From Hadesarchaea archaeon (lineage in GTDB: Archaea; Hadarchaeota; Hadarchaeia; Hadarchaeales; Hadarchaeaceae): a DNA stretch of 20,666 nt. Below the pieces are notes generated by a model that was not told the DNA's origin, did not search any database, and worked only from the letters and a program-made list of their open reading frames with translations. Position 1 is the first letter of the stretch. Each line of letters starts with the position of its first letter. This document shows positions 13,722-20,666 of this stretch, in pieces. The stretch lies in contig JAUXAS010000006.1 in assembly GCA_030619825.1 (NCBI GenBank), positions 1 through 20,666 on the forward strand, in the 5' to 3' direction. A program made the position numbers and the translations under genes.

Positions 13722-16700
13722 GGGGGTTTATTTCGCTCGTACTCATGCTCGCGGTGCTGCTTTTAGCGACGGTTCCGGCCAGAGCCAGCTTGGACGTTTT
13801 TACCGACGATAACTTCAGCTCACCCGGAGGGCTGGATGGTGTCGAGGTTGTTGCTGGTGATGTAAGGTTGAAGATTACTCCCGAGAACTGGATGCAAACC
13901 ACAAAAGCTGATTTTGGGCAATGGCTGAACTACGACAATGTAGCGCCCATCGATCCCGGGGACGTAAAACTTGCGAGCACGGGCGACGAGTGGTCCACCC
14001 TAGAAAATGCACCGTACAAGTGCACTTATGGCATAACCACGACCGGTGCCGGAGACTACATATTTATCCTCAAAAGCTACTGGGCCGACGTCAAGGTTGG
14101 GATAGGACGATACAACACCGCGACCAAGAGCTGGGAGAATTGGAGTAACCCAACGATTGAGTGGCATGAAAAGAAGCAGTACTTTAAAAATGGTTGCTCG
14201 ATAGCTTGGGACAATGGCGGCTACATTTACGTGCTTGCGGGGGGCAGCTACGATGATACATCCAATCCATCCGATCCCACCACGCATGAGCCCCGTTACG
14301 GCTTCTGGCGCTTCTCGGTCGACAATCCATACAGTTGGGAGCGTCTCGAGAACACGCCATGGCATCAAGGCCCAGGGGATGCTTTAGTTTGGGCAAGGGT
14401 TAACGGCGAGAACTACATCTATGCGTGGATTGGTACCACAAGCAAAAATCGCGGGCGTGGTTGTGGGGTAAAATTTTATCGCTATAGCATTCTCAGCGAG
14501 CAATGGGGCGCAGAGCCGATAACCGAGATAGGGAAGCTGTACTCTGATAACGAGGTTTCGCCGCCCTACGGTGCCGACGATGGGTCGAGCTTGGTTTGGA
14601 CCGGAGGGGATTACATCTATTTCTTACCGGGCGCCTATACCGAGAACCTATCCCCCAATAAGGAACGCTATTTTACACGTTTTGTAATTTCGGAGAATAG
14701 ATGGGAAAAACTGGCGATGTTGCCCTACAACGAGAACCCAAACACGACAGAGAGCGATGGTGTCGATGACGGTGGCTCGATGGTCTGGGATGGCGGCGAT
14801 TACCTTTACGTTTTGAAGGGCGGCGATGGCAATGGTGATAACGCGGCGGACAATTTCTGGCGTTACAGCATCATCTCGAACTCATGGGAGGTGCTGACAG
14901 GAGTTCCGTTTGGGCCGTCTAAGAACAACGGTAAAAGGCTAGGGTACGCGGGCGAGAACGTGTATTACTGGCATGCCAACTCAACTGGGTTCTTAGTATA
15001 TGCACCACCGAGGTACAAGGAGAGCGGCTATTTTACCTCGAGTGTTTTCGATGCAGGCACGATTGCGACTTGGCAGCAGATAAGCTGGGATGGGAGCGAG
15101 CCTCTTGGGGCGCTTGACAAGAAAAGACTCGTCAGCGCCGAGCCGGTGAATTTGATTGACAACAGGGGTAAGCTGGGCGTGCTGCCGTCCCTGCAAGTCC
15201 TTTCGAACCCGAGCTTTGAGTTCGGCGCCACGCCAAGTGGCTGGACGCTGGTGTATTTGGGAAATGAAAATACGGGGGGGACTTGGGATACCCATGGGAA
15301 TTATGTGGACGGGAGCGCATCCGGCCGTGTGAAGCAGGTGTCAGGTGGCTTAGGTTTCAGGGGTAGCGCGGCTGAACAAACGTCGAGCACTTTTGGGACA
15401 GTAGATCAAACTGCAACTAACACTTTGAGATACTATGCGAGATATCAATATCACGGAGGCAAGGATAGTGCCGATTTGCGCATGGTGATCGTTGAAGTAG
15501 AATTCACAAGCGGCTCCACGACCTATAAACTCAGGTATTACCACTCCAACGCAGGAATGCCGACGGATAACGCCACCGTGAAATACATCGATGGGGGGTA
15601 CCCCGGGTGGCAGACATGGACCCCGGAGCAAGTGTGCAACCTCAACGAGAGCATCAGGAACAAGTTTGGGCTAACAACGTTTGCCGTGACTGCGGTGCGC
15701 GTTGGAGTTTTGATGAATAAAATTAACTCGGGAAATACTACCATTCATGGTTTGTTTGACAACCTTAGATTGATAAAGGAGAGTCCATTGGAGGATTACA
15801 TCGGCACGAGTCGTAGGGATGGCGTCTACGAGAACATCAGCGAGAATTGCACCGCCTCGGTCAATCAGTACAAATACGTGGTGTCTCACGCCAGCGTCAA
15901 GGGGGCCGTCGATGGCTTCGAAGATCAGCAGAGCGCGACCGATGGTGGGACGCACTCGACGTTACACGAGCAAGCATACACCGTACAAGTGACCGCGACT
16001 GAGAAAATTAACCCGAGCGATGACGCGTATGTTGGAGAGGATTCTCCTGATATCATGTATGGGTCCGCCAACTCGGCTAGATTGGGCACCCGAACTCAAA
16101 CAGGCGCAAACAGGCGGGCATTTCTAAAATTTGACTTTTCAGGAATTCCAACGAACGTCGCGATCACCGAGGCGAAGCTCTGGCTCAGAGTTTACTCCTA
16201 TTCAAATCCAGTAGATGAAATGAGGCGCGTGCAAAGTTGGTCGGTTACCGACGATAGCTGGACCGAGGGCACCGTAACTTGGAATACTCAACCAAACCTG
16301 GTAAAGAATCTCGGCACGGCGTACATAGACGGATATAAGTGGTTCTCATGGATGGTCACGGGCTTTGTGCAGGATCAATTCGGGGGTGACAACCTCGTGA
16401 GTTTCAGCATCAGGCATGGGAATGAAAATCTTGATGACACAGCGAGGACCATCTACTACCGCTCCAAAGAATCCGATGTCGACGATCCTTACCTCGAAGT
16501 CACCTACGCGGTGCCAAGGACGCATTACAACTTGGAGATCCACGAGGGCGTCGACAACTTACCTTTGGGCACCAACTACACCCTTCAGATTCGTTACAAG
16601 CTCAGCAACATCAACGATAACTTCAAGGTCATGGTCAAAGATAGCGCGGGAAATTGGAACTACCGCGGGAAGAGTTTGGGCAGCTCCATGGATTGGGAGC

Positions 16701-17803
16701 TCTGGGAGTACCGGCTGCTCAATAACGAGTTTATCGCAGACGGGGACAGCGTGGGTAATAATGTGCGAATCAAGTTCGTCGATTGCGACAACGAGGCAAC
16801 GGGTGCGGCCGATTTGCTCATAGATTACATTCGGGTCAAGAGCACAAAGGCAAATAACTACACCCTTCGCTGGGAACACCGCATCACAGGTGTCGAGAAC
16901 ACTTACGAAAATGTTATCCTCCGAATCTATGGCTACAACGCAACCGGCGACGAGAACGCGATCGTCAGCGTCTGGAATCGGAGCGCTAGCGAGTGGGAGA
17001 ACTTCGCGGAGGACCTATCAACGGCTCTAGGAGAGATCACCCACAGGCTCACAAATGTTGGCGATTACCTAGTGGAGGATAGCATCTCGATTAAGTACGA
17101 GGGCGCGGACAACACTGATGATATTCAAACAACAATATGCATCGATCACGTCGTTCTTGAGGCGCAAAAGCCATACTCAACGGCGCTGCGTGTTTGGGCG
17201 AGGAGCAGCGCGGATAACTCCACGTGGTCCGACTGGGTCGAAAACCCGAGCGGCGATAGCTTGCCGTTGGAGAACCGCTACTTCCAGTACCGCGTCGAGC
17301 TCTCAACCACCGACTCCGAGGTGACTCCCATGCTTCACGAGCTCATCGTTTATTACGTGCCTTGGTCGCCTCGCGTTGGCACCTTCACCAGCCAGGCGCT
17401 TGAGCTGGGTCATGTGGAAAACTGGGGGATGCTGAGCTGGGAGGCGGCGCTGCCTGAGAACACCTCGATCTCCTTCGCCACCCGCTCGTCGCCCGATGGC
17501 TTGAACTGGTCTGAGTGGGAGGAGCTGGAGTCGAACGCCATCCAGAGCCCGACCCACGGCATGCTCTATTTGCAGGTTCGGGTGACGCTTCAAGGGGTGG
17601 GTTCCCTCACGCCGACGCTTCGAAGCTATAACATATCCTACACTCCCGAGCGTGCGGCGGAGAAAATAGCATTAGTGGCAACGGTGGGCGCGGCTGGCAT
17701 CGCGGCAGCTGGAGTTGCGTGGGTGTTTTTGAGGGGGCGGTTGCACGCCGGGAGGCGAAGGCGGCGTCTTGGACAAAAGCGCAGACGGGCGAGGAAGCGA
17801 TAG
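13718..17803 (+). CDS. Large membrane-anchored cell-surface protein (signal peptide, Kelch-like propeller, CBM-like and DNRLRE-like domains, C-terminal TM with basic tail)
   Basis: Hydrophobic N-terminus ending ARA-S; Kelch-like GGDYIY...F.RY....N.WE.L repeats; SNPSFE...FDNLRL; DDAYV..RAFLKFD..WTEGTVTWN..SKE; many NxS/T sequons; TM helix followed by RRRRR. Confidence 0.88.
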   Translation: MRGFISLVLMLAVLLLATVPARASLDVFTDDNFSSPGGLDGVEVVAGDVRLKITPENWMQTTKADFGQWLNYDNVAPIDPGDVKLASTGDEWSTLENAPYKCTYGITTTGAGDYIFILKSYWADVKVGIGRYNTATKSWENWSNPTIEWHEKKQYFKNGCSIAWDNGGYIYVLAGGSYDDTSNPSDPTTHEPRYGFWRFSVDNPYSWERLENTPWHQGPGDALVWARVNGENYIYAWIGTTSKNRGRGCGVKFYRYSILSEQWGAEPITEIGKLYSDNEVSPPYGADDGSSLVWTGGDYIYFLPGAYTENLSPNKERYFTRFVISENRWEKLAMLPYNENPNTTESDGVDDGGSMVWDGGDYLYVLKGGDGNGDNAADNFWRYSIISNSWEVLTGVPFGPSKNNGKRLGYAGENVYYWHANSTGFLVYAPPRYKESGYFTSSVFDAGTIATWQQISWDGSEPLGALDKKRLVSAEPVNLIDNRGKLGVLPSLQVLSNPSFEFGATPSGWTLVYLGNENTGGTWDTHGNYVDGSASGRVKQVSGGLGFRGSAAEQTSSTFGTVDQTATNTLRYYARYQYHGGKDSADLRMVIVEVEFTSGSTTYKLRYYHSNAGMPTDNATVKYIDGGYPGWQTWTPEQVCNLNESIRNKFGLTTFAVTAVRVGVLMNKINSGNTTIHGLFDNLRLIKESPLEDYIGTSRRDGVYENISENCTASVNQYKYVVSHASVKGAVDGFEDQQSATDGGTHSTLHEQAYTVQVTATEKINPSDDAYVGEDSPDIMYGSANSARLGTRTQTGANRRAFLKFDFSGIPTNVAITEAKLWLRVYSYSNPVDEMRRVQSWSVTDDSWTEGTVTWNTQPNLVKNLGTAYIDGYKWFSWMVTGFVQDQFGGDNLVSFSIRHGNENLDDTARTIYYRSKESDVDDPYLEVTYAVPRTHYNLEIHEGVDNLPLGTNYTLQIRYKLSNINDNFKVMVKDSAGNWNYRGKSLGSSMDWELWEYRLLNNEFIADGDSVGNNVRIKFVDCDNEATGAADLLIDYIRVKSTKANNYTLRWEHRITGVENTYENVILRIYGYNATGDENAIVSVWNRSASEWENFAEDLSTALGEITHRLTNVGDYLVEDSISIKYEGADNTDDIQTTICIDHVVLEAQKPYSTALRVWARSSADNSTWSDWVENPSGDSLPLENRYFQYRVELSTTDSEVTPMLHELIVYYVPWSPRVGTFTSQALELGHVENWGMLSWEAALPENTSISFATRSSPDGLNWSEWEELESNAIQSPTHGMLYLQVRVTLQGVGSLTPTLRSYNISYTPERAAEKIALVATVGAAGIAAAGVAWVFLRGRLHAGRRRRRLGQKRRRARKR
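17660..17677 (+). repeat. 18-bp direct repeat, left copy (GAGAAAATAGCATTAGTG)
   Basis: Identical to 20616-20633. Confidence 0.85.
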
Positions 17804-17872
17804 GTATAATTTTTTGAACCAAAAAGTATTAATAAATAGACTTATACTAAAAAACTGAACTAAGTGGTTCAA

Positions 17873-18403
17873 ATGTTTGGACTAATGAAAAAAACGCCTG
17901 CTGCAATCTTGAGATTTTTCTTCGATAACCCCTCACGCGAATTCTATCTCAAAGAGATTCAGGAGGGGACCAAAGCTGCCAAAGCTGGCCTCATCAACTG
18001 GTTGAACAAATTCGTTAAAATGGGCATCCTCACCAAAAATACGCGTGGGCGGCTACGCATTTACAGCCTGAAAAGCGGGGACCCGTTTGTGAAACACCTG
18101 CGGATCTTGATAAACGTCAGCGCATTTCTCCCCTTAGCGGGGGAGCTCGGAGAGCTCGATGTCGAAGTCTATCTCTATGGTTCAGTTGCAAGAGGAGAGG
18201 ATGTGGAGGGTAGCGATGTGGACCTGCTGATTCTCGGCAAGGCGAAGCCGCGGGAGGTCGCGAGGCGCGTGCAGTTGTTTTCTAGGAAGGTTGGGAGAAG
18301 GGTGAGGCCACAGGTTTTCTCCAAGTTCGAATGGAGCCAGATGGTCAAAAAAGACCCGGCATTTTTCGAGAGGGTGGAGCGGGACAAAATCAGGTTGGTG
18401 TGA
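17873..18403 (+). CDS. wHTH + minimal nucleotidyltransferase (MNT) antitoxin
   Basis: N-terminal wHTH (REFYLKEI...GIL...GRLRIYSL); YLYGSVARGED..SDVDLLI. Start is ATG 17873 or GTG 17864. Confidence 0.9.
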   Translation: MFGLMKKTPAAILRFFFDNPSREFYLKEIQEGTKAAKAGLINWLNKFVKMGILTKNTRGRLRIYSLKSGDPFVKHLRILINVSAFLPLAGELGELDVEVYLYGSVARGEDVEGSDVDLLILGKAKPREVARRVQLFSRKVGRRVRPQVFSKFEWSQMVKKDPAFFERVERDKIRLV

Positions 18404-18840
18404 TGGACTTCAAGGAATGTATGGAAAAGGGTTTTCTCAGGCGGGTCGAGGTAGATCAGGAGCTCGTCCGAAAGGAGCTGGCCGGCGCGAAATACGACTT
18501 GGGGGCAGCGCGTCACGATCTGAAGCGGGGGGATGCGAAATGGGCGACGGTGAAGAGCTACTACTCAATATTTCACGCCGCAAGGGCAGTTCTCTATTCG
18601 TTAGGTTATCAGGAGAAGGCACACTTCGCGATAAGCGCCGTCTTGAGGGAGCTCGAGAAACAGGGCAAATTGGAGGCGAAGTACACCCTCGATTTTGAAG
18701 CGTGCATGGAGTCGAGGGAAGATGCCGACTATCGGCTCGAATATTCCAAGGAGCGGGCTGAGGTGAATATCGGAATTGCGGATGAATTTTTGAGCAGAAT
18801 GAAAAAACTCGTAGCAGAGCTAACGATGAGCGAAGCTTAA
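18403..18840 (+). CDS. HEPN-domain protein, MNT partner
   Basis: SYYSIFHAARAVL, H and REDADY (Rx4Y variant) motifs. ATG 18403 overlaps the MNT stop (TGATG). Confidence 0.9.
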   Translation: MDFKECMEKGFLRRVEVDQELVRKELAGAKYDLGAARHDLKRGDAKWATVKSYYSIFHAARAVLYSLGYQEKAHFAISAVLRELEKQGKLEAKYTLDFEACMESREDADYRLEYSKERAEVNIGIADEFLSRMKKLVAELTMSEA

Positions 18841-18841
18841 A

Positions 18842-18896
18842 TAGAACTTTATGTAATAATCTTACATAATGCATAAGAAAAATGTAGAAAGTTCTA
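18842..18896. promoter_or_regulatory. Nested inverted repeats at the abiE promoter (probable AbiEi operator)
   Basis: TTATGTAA-N5-TTACATAA (18849-18869) inside TAGAACTTT...AAAGTTCTA (18842-18896), just after TATA-like AAGCTTAAATA. Confidence 0.65.
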
Positions 18897-19675
18897 AAAG
18901 CTTGGGCAAGCGGGAGGCAGCGCTGCTCTCGAAGCTAGCAGCGGAAAGGTTAACGATTTTCTCCCCCATCGAAGTTTGCAGGTTCTTGGGTTGCAAGAGG
19001 AACGCCGCGTATCGGATAGTTCACTCCCTCAAGCGGAAAGGGTGGGTAAAAGGGATCACAGGCGGGAAGTACCAATTGCTCACGTTAGCCGGCTTGCCGA
19101 CGGAAGACCTTCTTGTGCTCGCCTGCAGCTTGGTATGGCCCTCCTACGTCAGTCTGTGGACCGCCCTGAATTACTACAAGCTTACTGAACAGGTGCCGAG
19201 GGCGATTTTCCTCATCACCACCAGCAGGAAGAGGGAGAAAAAATTAGGTGACGTAAGAGTTCAGTTCGTGCAACTGAGCCGAGATAGGTTTTTCGGCTAT
19301 GCGAGGATCGACAACATTTGCATGGCCGAGAGAGAGAAGGCGATAGTGGACAGCCTTTCGTTTCCTAGGTACGTGTCGTTGAGCGAAGTTTGCAAGGCGC
19401 TGGACGCCGCGAGGGAGGAGATCTCGTTCGAAAAGCTGATCGAGTATTCAATAAAAATGAAGAACGCATCTTTGCTCAAGAGGCTCGGTTTTTTGATAGA
19501 ACTTCTGGACATAAAGCTGGCTCCCAAGTTATTCAAGTCTCTCCAAAGGCGCATCGGCAAAGGGTATTCCCTTTTAGATCCCACTAGACCGAGATTCGGA
19601 AATTACAACAAGCGATGGCTATTGAACGTCAATGTCGGAAGGGGAGAGCTCATTTACTGGAGGCGGGTCGGATGA
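18869..19675 (+). CDS. abiEi: Type IV TA antitoxin / transcriptional regulator AbiEi family
   Basis: N-terminal wHTH (LKRKGW...GKY); SYVSLWTALNYYKLTEQVP; EKAIVD; KRLGFL; WLLNVN. Confidence 0.88.
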   Translation: MHKKNVESSKSLGKREAALLSKLAAERLTIFSPIEVCRFLGCKRNAAYRIVHSLKRKGWVKGITGGKYQLLTLAGLPTEDLLVLACSLVWPSYVSLWTALNYYKLTEQVPRAIFLITTSRKREKKLGDVRVQFVQLSRDRFFGYARIDNICMAEREKAIVDSLSFPRYVSLSEVCKALDAAREEISFEKLIEYSIKMKNASLLKRLGFLIELLDIKLAPKLFKSLQRRIGKGYSLLDPTRPRFGNYNKRWLLNVNVGRGELIYWRRVG

Positions 19676-20451
19676 TGACGCGCGAGCAACTCCAAGCGTT
19701 CGCCAGCGCCAACGGCGTGCCGCTTTTTACCCAAGAGAGGGACTATGCCCAGGCGCTTTTCCTGTTCAGGCTTTACAAGCGCGGGCCACCCCTAATTTTC
19801 AAGGGCGGTACATGCCTCAAGCTGACACGCGACTCGCCCCGTTTTTCAGAGGATTTGGATTTCACCGCAACGCGCGAATTGGTTGAAGTCAAATCAGCTC
19901 TAAAGGCGGCGGCGGATGAGCTAAATATGGTAGGTATGGAGGCGGAGATAAATCAAGGGCGGGCGAGGACAGGGGGATACCAGTGCAGGCTGAAGTATCA
20001 TGGACCACTTTACACGGGTGAGGAGCGCACCGCTGGCGGCGTGGCGATAGATGTAAGCCTCAGGCGAGATGTGATACTTAGGCCCGAATGGAGGACGATC
20101 CCATCGCCCTACCCGGACACCCCCCCGTTTACGGCGCAGTGCATGCAAGCTCAAGAGATCCTCGCGGAGAAGGTGAGGGCACTATCAATAAGGGCGGCTC
20201 CCAGGGACCTCTACGACGTCTGGTTTTTGTTGAACAGGGGCATAGAGCCGAGTTTGAGGATGATCGATCGGAAGCTCTCTCTATATAAAAAGAGGTTCAG
20301 CATCAAAAAGTTCAGCGATTCTATTGGACGGGTCAAGTTGGGGTGGAAGCGTGACCTAGCCCCCTTACTTAGCTCGGCCCCGAGGTTCGAGACGGTGAGC
20401 AGAGAGGTCATCGCGAGGCTGGAGCCAATCGCTGGGAGATATAGGGCCTAA
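19672..20451 (+). CDS. abiEii: Type IV TA toxin, AbiEii-family nucleotidyltransferase
   Basis: ERDY, FKGGTCL, RFSEDLDF, EILAEK and RDLYD motifs. ATGA overlap with abiEi. Confidence 0.92.
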   Translation: MMTREQLQAFASANGVPLFTQERDYAQALFLFRLYKRGPPLIFKGGTCLKLTRDSPRFSEDLDFTATRELVEVKSALKAAADELNMVGMEAEINQGRARTGGYQCRLKYHGPLYTGEERTAGGVAIDVSLRRDVILRPEWRTIPSPYPDTPPFTAQCMQAQEILAEKVRALSIRAAPRDLYDVWFLLNRGIEPSLRMIDRKLSLYKKRFSIKKFSDSIGRVKLGWKRDLAPLLSSAPRFETVSREVIARLEPIAGRYRA

Positions 20452-20609
20452 TTTTGCCACGGCAATCGTCGATGAAGGTATTAACGTTCAACGTAGTCAT
20501 CAGAGCTATTTAAAGCTTTTTCTTTGAGGTTAGGGGATTTTTAAGGCTCGAAACTCTTAAATAGGGGTCATTGAAGAGTTCAGCTCGCAATAAAAAAGGA
20601 GTTGGATAG

Positions 20610-20666
20610 GTGAAAGAGAAAATAGCATTAGTGATCGCAGTCTTAATGATAACTTCAATGGCATTT
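20610..20666 (+). CDS. N-terminus (signal peptide) of a secreted or membrane protein, truncated by the window end
   Basis: GTG start MKEKIALVIAVLMITSMAF..., upstream AAGGAG and TATA-like AAACTCTTAAATA (20551-20563). Confidence 0.65.
   Translation, partial: MKEKIALVIAVLMITSMAF
20616..20633 (+). repeat. 18-bp direct repeat, right copy (GAGAAAATAGCATTAGTG)
   Basis: Identical to 17660-17677. Confidence 0.85.

Overview
Archaeal chromosomal window (BRE/TATA promoters, GGAGG/GGGGTG ribosome-binding sites, Alba; a Hadarchaeota-like lineage is my guess, not established). From left to right: albA; an uncharacterised HTH gene with its own palindromic operator; a coupled pair encoding a MerR/Xis-HTH + HNH nuclease + wHTH protein and an ExeA-like AAA+ ATPase, preceded by phased TAACAA repeats; hydrogenase maturation genes hypE-hypA-hypC, a PHP hydrolase and hycI; a complete 14-gene Mrp-type membrane-bound [NiFe] hydrogenase operon (mbhA-N, minus strand); a 1361-aa surface protein with nested domains; two toxin-antitoxin modules (MNT-HEPN and AbiEi/AbiEii); and the start of a secreted protein. 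Most unusual signals: (1) a 17-bp palindromic tandem repeat (TTCACA-N4-TGTGAA) at two mbh gene starts, which turns the canonical ATG into a 13-15 aa mini-ORF unless one unit is removed; (2) the MerR-HNH/AAA+ module; (3) an exact 18-bp in-frame direct repeat bracketing both TA modules; (4) an apparent ACG start codon for hypE.
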